Assembly (NCBI GenBank): GCA_043228905.1
Contig: JBHGNT010000003.1
Location: 20,832,001 to 20,896,000, forward strand
DNA length: 64,000 nt
Source: Azolla caroliniana
Lineage: Eukaryota; Plantae; Polypodiophyta
Direction: 5' to 3'
In this document: positions 11,612 through 22,315 of the stretch, in pieces
Layout: every line of letters starts with the position of its first letter
How positions within the stretch are numbered: position 1 is the stretch's first letter
The notes under the pieces: generated by a model
Database searches by the model: none
The model's input: only the letters and a program-made list of their open reading frames with translations
Told to the model about the DNA's origin: nothing
Translations under genes and position numbers: made by a program

Positions 11612-13734
11612 ATGAGGAGGTCGGATCTTGCAGAGGCCATGGCTTCGGCCGTGGATCGGATATTGAGCACACGCGAGGGCACCGGTGCCCTCGACAGAGC
11701 CATTGAGGCGGTCGTCGGTACGATCGGCCGTTTCAGCGGGAAGGATGTTACGAAGTATTTGACGTCCTACGGGGCGGAAATGTTGCGGGACATTTCGGAA
11801 GAGAGGCGTCTTGCCGGGTTCCCTCGAGTGGCGATGCCGAGCATCCATGCGAAGGTGCTCGAGGTACGGGCGGAGAGCCGTACCTGGGAGGAGTTCGAAG
11901 GCCAACTCCTAGAGAAATATGGGCTGGACGACGCGCTCCGGCTTTCGAAACGGGACTTCATGGAATGGGTGGAGTCCCCCGGCAAAGGAAGAAACGCGTC
12001 GGCACTCCTCCGGGAGTTCGAAGAACGCTTTGCGCGCCTTTCGGCGCTTGACCGAACCATTCTGGATACGAGTCGGGTCCTACTGTTCGTCAAGTCGGTG
12101 GACGAGCGGGACCGGGATCAAGTCGGCTCCTTGCTGGAAACTGAAGACGGGCTGACAACCGACTGGGCTGCGGTTAAGAGAGTCTGTGGCCGTTTCGACA
12201 AACGGCGAGAATGGGCTGACAACGGGGCGGCCGGTGCGAGCTCTGCTACAGCAAGGAGGCTTGAACCGGCACCGCAAGTGCGAAGGGAAGAAACCCGGGA
12301 ATGGTTCGAAACCGGTCCGGCTTCGGCCAGCATGGTCAATGGCTCGTCCGGAGGAGCAGCGCTAGAGGAGTTGACGCGGGCGATAAAGGATCTCCAGATC
12401 GCCCAGACTCGAAGGGAAGGCGGCGAACCGGCTCGCGACCGACGGCCGGCAGCGGGGAGCAGGTGCATGTGGTGCGACGAGGTCGGCCACATTCGGAAGG
12501 ACTGCGGCGATTTCACGGAGGCGTTGAGAAACCGGGTGGTGTACCTGTGGGAAGGCCGGGTGCACGCTGGCGACACCAGGAGGGCCCTGAGCCGAAACGA
12601 CGGACGAGGAGGTATGAAGAGACTGATGGAAGAGGCAGCGGCCCGACACGTGGAGGCCATCCACTACTCGGCGTCAGCCGGTATTCAGGTCGGGGGCAAC
12701 GAGGCCCGAAAGGAGAGTAAAGACGGTTTCTAGTCGCAATGCTGGAAGGCCTCGCCGGCGCGCGGCTGAGGAAAGATGAAACGGACCGCGCTGAGAGACG
12801 GGTCCAGGAAATAACCGGGTGGAGCGATCCGGTCGAGGAGAAGACGGGCTTCGTAGAAGCCGCTTGCCGGAACTACGAGGCTCTGGTAGAAGAAAAACGA
12901 GTGGGGAAATCCGGAGCGGCCGGGCCCTCACAACGGTACGAGACCCGATTCGGGCAACGACGGAATGATGCCGGTGGGCCCGGCCCGCAAGATAACCCTA
13001 GAAAGGGCGGGTACCGACTGGGGACAGAAATAGAAAGGACTACGGACCTACGAAAGGTCCTAGAAGAACGGATCCTCGACATCAAAGTGGAGCTGTCATT
13101 ACGGGAGGTACTAGGGATCGCCAAGAAGGAGTTCCACGACTCCATTGTAGACTTGGTGAAACGGAAGAGACTGTCGACGGAGACGGAACCGGAAAGACCG
13201 GTGGAGGTGCGGACGACGCACATCGATGACTCGGCGCTGGAAGATGAGTGGGCGGAGAGCCACTATTCGAGGCCACACTGGGCCCGAGCGACCACGGAGA
13301 CCCCGGTAAAGATCGGAGATGTTCAGGAACCGGTGGTGGCGTTGGTGGACCACGGTTCGGAAATAAACCTAATGTCCATGGACTTCTATAAGAAGGGAAA
13401 GTGGCCGATCAACACCAGGCACGGGTGGAAGATACGGGCGGCGACGCGCGCCACCGAGGAACTGCACAGGGCCTGCCCGAATGTGCGAGTAAAGATCGGC
13501 GACGTCGAGATTGACCAGCACTTCTTCGTACAGGAGACGTCCTCGCATCCGGTCATATTAGGGGAACCATACATCACGGCGGCGAGAATGGAGACCAAGG
13601 TGCTGGACAACGGGTCGGCCTACGCGAGGGTCAAAAGCCAGGACGGGCGCCATTCGGTTCAGTTTCTGACGGTGCGGCCGAACCACGAGAGAAACCGCGA
13701 ATCCCTCGGTGGCGAGAACCGGGAGGATTTTTAG
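11612..13734 (+). pseudogene. Element B Gag-protease ORF (one internal TAG at 12731)
   Basis: CCHC knuckle CMWCDEVGHIRKDC and protease ALVDHGSEINLM...ILGEPY. Collinear with the uninterrupted ORF of C, where the stop position is Trp. Confidence 0.9.
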
Positions 13735-16700
13735 AGAGGGCTGCCAAGGCGTGGGGCCGAGACAGTTCGGACACTCCGGAAAGACCCCACGATTGTACGA
13801 TAGGTAGGAGGTTTTGCTTCTCCGACAATGGAGGGTGTATGATGGTCAACATCGTTGGCCGAGAAAAGACAAGAGCGGAAGAGCGACTTCGAGCGTGCGG
13901 AGTTCTCGGCCCGGACGAGGGAATCAGCGGAGCCGTGGAGGCGGTCTCCTTCGACGACACCTTAGGGATGCTGAGGAAGGTTGCCGGAGAAGACCTTAAC
14001 GAAGACCGGACGATACCGGTATGTTCCGAAGAGATGTACGAAGTCATCGCGAACTTCAGTCGGGGGCTCGGGTCGGATCGGACGGCCCGGGTTAGCACGA
14101 GGTACAAGACTGTGGACCGGAAGGTAAGGCCAGTCGCGGCACCCCTGCCGGAGGGCAGCGAGTCCTGAATCAGAGGGGTGGCGTCGGACCCCAGTTTACG
14201 AGATCCGGCCTGCATAGGACACACCTTCACCGACGGAACGCTCCGGGAGCTCAAGATAGGTGGGGGCGGGTTCCTATTGCCAGCGGAGGAAGACCGGTTT
14301 CGGAGAATGCTCGGAAGGCACGGTAAAGCCTTTGCATTCTCACCGGAAGAGATCGGGTGCGTAGACCCGACGATCGTGGAGCCGATGGTGATATTCACGG
14401 TACCGCATGTACCGTGGAATCTCAAGCCGATTCTAGTACCGAGAGCTCACATCCCGAAGTTGATGGAGCTATTGAGGCAGAAAGTTGATATGGGTATTCT
14501 CGAACCGTCGAGCGCGCCATACTCGAACCGATGGTTTACCGTACCAAAGAAAAACGGAACATTGCGCTTCATTCAGGACCTGCAGCCGGTCAACAGAGTA
14601 ACCATCCGGAACGCAGGAATCGGACCGACCATAGACGAGTTCGCGGAGGCCTTCGCCGGAAGGTCGATTTACTTGGTCGGTGATCTGTACTCGGGGCACG
14701 ACCAGTTCCAGCTAGCCGTGGAGAGCAGAGACATTACGACGATGCGAACTCCCCTCGGCCTAGTGCGAATGTGTACCCTGCCACAAGGAGGGACCAACTC
14801 GGTGGCCCACATGGTGAATGCAATGAACAAAGTACTAAGGGATTGCATACCGGACATCACCATGCCGTTTCTAGACGACATCCCCATAAAGGGGTGCCCG
14901 GTGGAAGAGAAGGACGAGACACTCGGGCCGGACGGATGTCGGCGATTCGTAGCAACACACATCGACGACTGCGAAAAGGTGCTACAAAGGCTAGAGGATG
15001 CGAGGCTCACCTTCTCCGGGGAGAAATCGGCCTTCGGGCAATCGGAAATCCTGGTGGTCGGGCACCTATGTGGGCCATATGGCCGGAAGCCGTCTCCGGC
15101 AAAGGTAGAAGCCATCTCCGCGATGAAGACCGATTGTAGCTCGGTTACGGAAGTTCGGAGGTTCCTGGGGGCATGCGCATTCTACCACATATAGATCCCG
15201 CATTACGCCCACGTTGCGGAGCCACTATACGGGTTGCTAAAGAAGGGGCAAAGATTCGAGTGGCGAGACGAGCACACGGGGTCGGTCCGGAAGCTGAAGG
15301 AAGCTCTTGCGGTAGCTCCGGCGCTCCGGAAGGCTGTCTACGAGAAGGGTACCCCAGTATACGTAACGGTGGATACGAGTCCGACCGGGATCGGATGGGT
15401 CGTCAACCAAGAAGACGAGGACGGCATTCGGTTCCCGATCCGATTCGGCGCTAAGGTCCTCAGTGAGCGACAGCGAGGGTACGCCCAGGTTAAACGCGAG
15501 CTCTGGGGTATCGTTTCGGCGGTAAAGGCGGACAAAGACTACCTGATCGGGACAGAAGTGATTATCGAGATGGATTGCCTGCCGATTCTCGGCATGGTTT
15601 CCGGATGCGCGACACCGGACCTGGCGATGCTCAGGTGGATAGCGTACATCAAGTCCCTAGACCCGGAGATACGACACATTTCCGGAAAGGACAACGCCAT
15701 GGTCGACATGCTTTCGAGGGCGAGGTTTGATGGTGAGGGCAGCATGGTTTCGGAGGACGAAGAAGTCGGCGTGGACTTCTTCGAGGCGGCGTACGTGACG
15801 ACCGATGGGACGAGCACTCCGGCACTTAACGACTTCGACGAGAGCAAGTACGACGGCGAGTGGCTCCAGATCGGTGGATTCCTGAGGACAATGACGCCGG
15901 ATGCGTCATGGACGAAGGGCGAGGCCAACCGGATCCGGAAGAAAGCTTACCGATTCTTTCTCCGGGACGGATACTTATGGAAGCACCCGAAGAAGAGGGA
16001 CGGCGCTCCGCTCCGGGTGGTGGCGATGAAGGAAGAACAGGAGGAGCTGCTGACGGCCTACCACGACAGCCCTTGGGCCGGACACCGTGGTACCTGGGCC
16101 ACGTTCGAGAAGATAAAGGGGAAGTACTGGTGGCCGGGACTGTACCGGGACGTGCATCGATTCGTGACAACTTGCGAGAGCTGTCAGATGCACTCCATAG
16201 TCCGACACCGGGACGAACTTCACCCTACGTACCCTCCGACCATCCACTTCAAATGGATGGTAGACCTGGTAACGATGCCGATAGGAGTAGGACAGATGCG
16301 GTATCTGGTCCTGGCTCGGGAAGATCTAACGAACCAGGTGGAAGGACGGGCCCTTCAGAACAAAACGACTGCGGCCGTATGTCGGTTCCTGCTCGAGGAC
16401 GTAATATGCCGGTACGGGTGCGTCGGGAAGATCGTGGCTGATCGCGGGGAGTTGGACGCCGAGGAGGCCGAGGAGCTGTTCGACCGGTTAGGGGTCAAGC
16501 TCTCGCTTACCATTGCGTACAATCCAGAGGCAAATGGGAAGGTGGAGCGCGGACACGGACCGTTCGTCAAGGCGTTAGTTCGGGCATACGGAGGTCAAGT
16601 CGGGAACTGGCCGCGGCTACTGCCTTACGCGTTGTGGGCTGACCGGACTACGCACAGTTCGGTAACCGGATTCATGCCGGCAGAGCTCATGTTTGGGCAG

Positions 16701-17191
16701 AAGCCGATCATGCTGATCGAACGTACGGTCTCCTCATGGGCAACCGTGGACTGGAGAGACGAGATGAGCCGGGAGGAACTATTGACGGCGCGCATACGAC
16801 AGCTCGAGCGGTGACCGGAGGATGTGGAGCAAGCTGCGGAAAAGCTTCGGGTGGCCAGGACGAGGAACAAAGCCCGGTTCGACCGGACGCACCGGCTCCG
16901 ACCGAAGAAGATCGAGGAAGGCAACTGGGTGCTAGTCTACGACAGCAGCCTCGACAACCAGCACCGAGCAACGCGGAAGTTCGCAAGGAGGTGGTTCGGG
17001 CCTTACGTGGTACAAAGCGCCAACGACAACGGGACGTACCATCTGGCGGAACTCGACGGCACGAGAGTGGCGATACCGGTAGCTAGGAAACGGATCAAAG
17101 CGTTCAAGAAGCGTCACGACGACGAGCCGGATCCGGTTAACCTGGACCGGGACGACGAACGATCCGAAACCGAGGAAGAGCCGACGGGCGG
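13725..17191 (+). pseudogene. Element B pol (RT-RNase H-integrase) in the -1 frame, with three in-frame stops
   Basis: RT LPQG...TMPFLDDIPIKG; RH VTVDTS; IN H-H-C-C, D-D-E (WMVDL, VADRG, KVERG) and GPY module. Stops end at 14168, 15194 and 16814. Confidence 0.93.
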
Positions 17192-17278
17192 TGTCATGAA
17201 GACATACATCTTGGCTTATCATGACATTCATCTTGGCAAACTTTCTTCTTTATCCTTCTTTCTTTTTCCCCCACGGTT

Positions 17279-18406
17279 ATGGAGTCGGTCAGCAAGCAAG
17301 AGTATATGCGTGTCCTTTCGGAGCTCGATATGCTCACCACTAAGTTTGTGGCATTAGAGCAAGAAAATCAAAGGCTACTCGGGGATCTTCAACAAGTCAG
17401 TACTGAGAAAGCTCATCAATATGAGGAGTTATCACAACGGGTTCATCAACTTGAGGCTACTATATTAACATTACGAGAACAAGCGGCGGGGGTTCAAAAC
17501 TCCCCAAGGGAACCAAAGATTAGCCTCCCTGCCAAGTTTGATGGTACTAGATCTCTCTTTCGAGGTTTCCTGAATCAAGTTCGTTTGGTGATTCAGTTAC
17601 ATCCCAATCGGTATCCAACTGATGCTGCCCGTGTGGGATTAATAGGAACCTTGCTAAGCGGTACAGCGTTAGCATGGTTTGCACCACTTCTTGAGAAGAA
17701 ATCACCATTACTGGAGGATTTCGAGGCATTCGTTAAGGAGTTTCAAGCTAGTTTTGGAGATACGGATAGCACTAGGACTGCAATAAACAAGATTCGAAGA
17801 CTCCGACAAGGAGATCGTCCCGCTTCAACTTATGCCGCAGATTTCCGTCTCTTGGCATGCGACATCCCTTGGGATGAGGCAGCCTTAATGGATCAATTCC
17901 GTCAGGGTTTGCGTAACGATGTCAAAGATCTTCTTCTTACTTTCCATGAAGATCCAAAGTCTCTTACTGAAGCTATTAGCCGAGCTGTGCGATGTGATAA
18001 TCGCCTATTTGAGCGACGTTCTGAACGTCAACAAATGTTACGCCGCCAACCGGAACAGACATACGCTTCTATAGTCGCCACACCGCCACAAGGTTCTAGA
18101 CCCGTTACGAGGGATGGTCCCACTCCGATGGAAATAGAGTCGACACAACGTCGAGGGCCCTTATCAGATGCTGAGAAACAACGACGTCGGGCGCATCGCC
18201 TATGCCTCTACTGTGGTGGTCCAGGACATATAGCTGTGAATTGTCCACATAAACCCAGGCGTCAAGTTTACCAAGTAAGTGCACATGACAACCCTACATC
18301 AAGTTCTACTATCACTTCTAATAACTTAAGTACTAAGCCTACTAGCCCATGCCATGAGAATAGATTTGATGTCTTGAGCCAATTAGAGGATGTGTTAAAC
18401 GAATAA
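17279..18406 (+). CDS. Chromovirus D Gag (coiled-coil, capsid, CCHC knuckle)
   Basis: 375-aa ORF with PAKFDG, LRQGDRPASTYAADF, PTPMEI and CLYCGGPGHIAVNC. Confidence 0.93.
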   Translation: MESVSKQEYMRVLSELDMLTTKFVALEQENQRLLGDLQQVSTEKAHQYEELSQRVHQLEATILTLREQAAGVQNSPREPKISLPAKFDGTRSLFRGFLNQVRLVIQLHPNRYPTDAARVGLIGTLLSGTALAWFAPLLEKKSPLLEDFEAFVKEFQASFGDTDSTRTAINKIRRLRQGDRPASTYAADFRLLACDIPWDEAALMDQFRQGLRNDVKDLLLTFHEDPKSLTEAISRAVRCDNRLFERRSERQQMLRRQPEQTYASIVATPPQGSRPVTRDGPTPMEIESTQRRGPLSDAEKQRRRAHRLCLYCGGPGHIAVNCPHKPRRQVYQVSAHDNPTSSSTITSNNLSTKPTSPCHENRFDVLSQLEDVLNE

Positions 18407-21400
18407 GTCCGGCCAAAATAGGAGCCATTTGGTTGGACCATCCTAGTTATGTAGAGTCAGTACCTAGTTGTGGTTCCATTTCATCAAATCAAGTTAGTAG
18501 AGTTTTTTCTGCACAAGTCGAGCTTAGCACATCTACAGGTCATCGCGCCCTAGCCTCTGCCCTCCTAGATTCCGGAGCCAATTCTTGTTTCATGGATCGC
18601 GAGTTTGCATTGACTCAAAACATCATCTTGAAAAAACTCCCAAACCCAGTAGCTGTAGGAGTCATCGATGGTCGCCCTATAGCATCAGGAGATATAGTCG
18701 AAGAGTCTGAACCAATTCGTGTAGTCCTAGGTAATTTGGCTAGTGTCATCTCATTTAACATCATTAGTAGTCCGGAGCACTCTCTAGTTCTTGGTCTTCC
18801 TTGGTTTGAGTTACATAACCCAACCATTGATTGGAGAAAAAGAACTATTGAAGAGGTCACCGTACAATCCAAGTCTCTTGAAGCTCCAACTAAGGATCTA
18901 GGATCCCCCACAATTTCAACAATCTCTATACATCAATTACGAGAGGATGGAAGAAAGGAAGACATGATGGTATTTGCGGTTTTAGCAACTCCCTCATCTA
19001 GCTCACAAGAATTGGGGGTCCAACTACCAAAGAAGTACATAGAATTCTCCGATGTGTTCGATAAGGTGAAGGCTAATAGACTACCAGAGCATCGACCATA
19101 TGATTGCCCAATTGATTTGCAGCCAGGAAAAGAGCCTCCATGGGGACCAATTTATAATCTTTCGCCCACGGAGTTCGAGGTTCTTCGAGAATATATCAAT
19201 GAGAACTTGGCAAATGGTTTTATCCAACATTCAAAATCTCCTGCTAGTGCACCCATCTTTTTCGTTAAGAAGAAAGATGGTACGCTTCGTATGGTCGTGG
19301 ATTATCGAGGCTTGAATAAAGTGACCGTTAGAAACCGATATGCTCTCCCATTGATCTCAAGCCTTCTAGAATGCCTCAGTGAAGCAAAGTATTTCACGAA
19401 GTTAGATCTTCGAGGTGCCTACAACCTTGTTCGAATTCGTCCTGGGGATGAATGGAAGACGGCGTTCCGCACTCGCTATGGTCATTTTGAGTACACAGTG
19501 ATGCCTTTTGGCCTCACGAATGCACTAGCAGTCTTCCAACATATGGCGAATGATATTTTTCGAGACTTCCTCGATATCTTCATCATTGTTTACCTGGATG
19601 ATATCTTGATCTACTCAAAAACTCAAGAAGAACATGATATACATGTTCGCCAAGTTTTGCAACGGCTACGAGAGTATGGTCTCTATGCAAAATTGGAGAA
19701 GTGTAGTTTCGACCAACGTCAAGTGGAGTTTTTGGGGTACATAGTCTCTTCAAATGGCATCTCTATGGATCCATCAAAGGTTCAAACAATTTTGGATTGG
19801 CAAACACCACAGTCCGTGCGAGATGTGCAATGTTTTTTGGGGTTCGCAAACTTTTATCGCAAGTTCATCAAAGACTATTCAAAAATTGTGTTGCCCCTCA
19901 CTCAACTGACGCACAAGAATCGATCATTTGTATGGAGTATAGATGCGAACTCTGCATTTGAGGGTTTAAAGCAAGCATTTACATCCGCACCAATCTTAAT
20001 CCATGTCGATCCAATGAGGCGCTTTATACTTGAAGCTGATGCATCGGATTTCGCACTCGGAAGTGTACTATCCCAAATTGGTGATGATGGTGAACTGCAC
20101 CCGGTGGCTTTTCACTCACGAAAATTTGAAGCCGCAGAAATCAACTATGAGATTCACGACAAAGAGCTTCTTGCCATTGTGGATTCTTTTCAACAATGGC
20201 GTCATTTTCTGGAGGGTTCTTCTCAGCAGATTATTGTCTACAATGATCATAAAAATCTAACATACTTTCAAAGTGCTCGAGTCTTGAATCGACGACAAGC
20301 TCGTTGGGCGCAGTTCTTAACTCGTTTCGATTTTGTAATTCTATATCGCCCTGGGATGCAACAAGGAAAAGCAGATGCTTTATCTAGACATTCGTATATG
20401 GAACTTCAACCTGGAGAGGCCGCATTTGAAAGCCAAAAGCAAATCCTCTTAGGTCCTGATCGTCTACGAATAATGGCAATGCATACCATCAACACACCGG
20501 GAGATTCAAGGCTTCTTGATTCCATTCGTGAGCAGATTGTGACTGATGCGTTCGCCCAAGAGGTTTTGAGCCATATTATCCCAAATCGTGCATCTAGCTC
20601 CCAAACTCAAAATCCTCGTCTAGACTACACCCAGTTTAGTTGGCATGATGGGTTACTTTTTCGACAAACTCTCTTGTATGTGCCTGACGGTCCTTCTCGA
20701 CTCAAAGTCATGCAACAATGTCATGACACACCAATGGCGGGACACTTCGGCATCCACAAGACTTTTGAGTTGATTTCTCGCCGATATTGGTGGCCACGGC
20801 TTCGCCATTTTGTTACGGATTATGTTCGTAGCTATGATACATGTTGCCGATCAAAAAAGCCTCGACATCATCCATATGGCTTATTACAGCCAATGCCTAT
20901 TCCGGAGAGCCCATGGAAATCTATTTCCTTGGACTTTATTACGGATCTTCCACCTTCCAAGGGATTTGATTCGATTCTCACGGTTGTCGATCGTTTTACA
21001 AAGATGGCACATTTCCTTCCATGCACAAAGACCATTACTAGTCAAGAGACAGCTGATTTACTCATGCGGGAGGTGTTTCGCCATCATGGTCTTCCGGATG
21101 ATATTATCAGTGATCGGGGTCCCCAATTCATCTCGAAATTTTGGCGGCACATGTTCAGACTCTTACATACTTCTTGTAAACTCTCTTCCGGCTACCATCC
21201 AGAGACTAATGGGCAGAGTGAGCGCACAAACCAAACAGTCGAGCAATATCTACGTTGTTTTGTCAACTATCAACAAGATGATTGGGTGGATTTACTACCT
21301 TTGGCAGAATTTGCTTATAACAACTCCGAGCATTCTTCTACTGGATATTCCCCATTTTTTGCAAACATTGGGTACCATCCTCGTTGGACGATGCTTGAAC

Positions 21401-22038
21401 ATCCTGAACTCCCAAAAAACCCAGCTGCTGAAGATCGGCTCACTCGACTCCAAGAAGTTCAGGATATGCTTTTGCATCATTTATGTGAAGCCCAAAACAC
21501 TCAAAAGAAGATTGTTGACCGTCATCGGCGTGATTCATCGACTACATTTCAAGTAGGCGATCGTGTATGGCTCTTACAAGGTAGCATTAAAACGACCCGA
21601 CCTTGCTACAAATTGGATTATCAACGTTTTGGCCCATATGTCATAAGTGGTAAGATCAATGATGTGACATTTCGTCTTGATCTTCCTCCTCATATGCGTC
21701 TTCACCCGGTCTTCCATGTTTCACTTTTGGAGCCTTACACAACGAGCTCTATTCCGGGTCGTGTTACACCTCCCCCACCTCCAATTGACGTTTCCAATGG
21801 CTCTGAATATGAGGTTGCCGCTATCCTCGACTCCAAGATCATTCGCAACAAACTATACTACTTGGTTGATTGGTTAGGCTATACACCTAATGATCGAACA
21901 TGGGAGCCTGCCGAACATCTTGCCAATGCCTCCGACATGGTTGTTGCATTTCACAACCAATATCCTCATAAACCAAGTCTGAACTCTTTTCTTCCGACTC
22001 GTGCAACTCGTCATCGAAAAGGGGGGATAATGTCATGA
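18394..22038 (+). CDS. Chromovirus D Pol (PR-RT-RH-IN-chromodomain), -1 frame to gag
   Basis: Stop-free ~1200 aa with LLDSGA, YLDD, EADASD, SDRG..F, GPY and YEVAAILDSK...YLVDWLGY...TWEP. First Zn-finger Cys of IN is mutated to Tyr (SYDTC). Confidence 0.95.
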   Translation, partial: VKRISPAKIGAIWLDHPSYVESVPSCGSISSNQVSRVFSAQVELSTSTGHRALASALLDSGANSCFMDREFALTQNIILKKLPNPVAVGVIDGRPIASGDIVEESEPIRVVLGNLASVISFNIISSPEHSLVLGLPWFELHNPTIDWRKRTIEEVTVQSKSLEAPTKDLGSPTISTISIHQLREDGRKEDMMVFAVLATPSSSSQELGVQLPKKYIEFSDVFDKVKANRLPEHRPYDCPIDLQPGKEPPWGPIYNLSPTEFEVLREYINENLANGFIQHSKSPASAPIFFVKKKDGTLRMVVDYRGLNKVTVRNRYALPLISSLLECLSEAKYFTKLDLRGAYNLVRIRPGDEWKTAFRTRYGHFEYTVMPFGLTNALAVFQHMANDIFRDFLDIFIIVYLDDILIYSKTQEEHDIHVRQVLQRLREYGLYAKLEKCSFDQRQVEFLGYIVSSNGISMDPSKVQTILDWQTPQSVRDVQCFLGFANFYRKFIKDYSKIVLPLTQLTHKNRSFVWSIDANSAFEGLKQAFTSAPILIHVDPMRRFILEADASDFALGSVLSQIGDDGELHPVAFHSRKFEAAEINYEIHDKELLAIVDSFQQWRHFLEGSSQQIIVYNDHKNLTYFQSARVLNRRQARWAQFLTRFDFVILYRPGMQQGKADALSRHSYMELQPGEAAFESQKQILLGPDRLRIMAMHTINTPGDSRLLDSIREQIVTDAFAQEVLSHIIPNRASSSQTQNPRLDYTQFSWHDGLLFRQTLLYVPDGPSRLKVMQQCHDTPMAGHFGIHKTFELISRRYWWPRLRHFVTDYVRSYDTCCRSKKPRHHPYGLLQPMPIPESPWKSISLDFITDLPPSKGFDSILTVVDRFTKMAHFLPCTKTITSQETADLLMREVFRHHGLPDDIISDRGPQFISKFWRHMFRLLHTSCKLSSGYHPETNGQSERTNQTVEQYLRCFVNYQQDDWVDLLPLAEFAYNNSEHSSTGYSPFFANIGYHPRWTMLEHPELPKNPAAEDRLTRLQEVQDMLLHHLCEAQNTQKKIVDRHRRDSSTTFQVGDRVWLLQGSIKTTRPCYKLDYQRFGPYVISGKINDVTFRLDLPPHMRLHPVFHVSLLEPYTTSSIPGRVTPPPPPIDVSNGSEYEVAAILDSKIIRNKLYYLVDWLGYTPNDRTWEPAEHLANASDMVVAFHNQYPHKPSLNSFLPTRATRHRKGGIMS

Positions 22039-22190
22039 AGACATACATCTTGGCTTATCATGACATTCATCTTGGCGAACCAGGAATCGAACCCATAACC
22101 TCTTGGTTTACATATTGTACTTTAACCATTGTAATAACATATGTGAGATGTAATCATAATAATTATATGTTTAGTTATTACGAGATATTT

Positions 22191-22315
22191 AGAACATTCT
22201 AGATTATTCTAGAATGTTCTTGAATATTTCATGATTATATTTATTATTATTATTATTCATAAATATCTAAAATATTCTAGAACATTCTAGAATACTCCAT
22301 AAGGGCCTATAAATA
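22191..22315 (+). promoter_or_regulatory. Heat-shock elements plus TATA box in D LTR
   Basis: Alternating nGAAn/nTTCn pentamers at 22191-22225 and 22274-22293. TATAAATA at 22308. Confidence 0.7.

Noticed and set aside
12731-12733. Programmed stop read-through between gag and protease in B
   Set aside because: Element C has TGG (FWP) at the aligned position, so this is a point mutation.
13631-15115. Antisense ORFs over B pol
   Set aside because: Expected shadow ORFs of GC-rich coding sequence.
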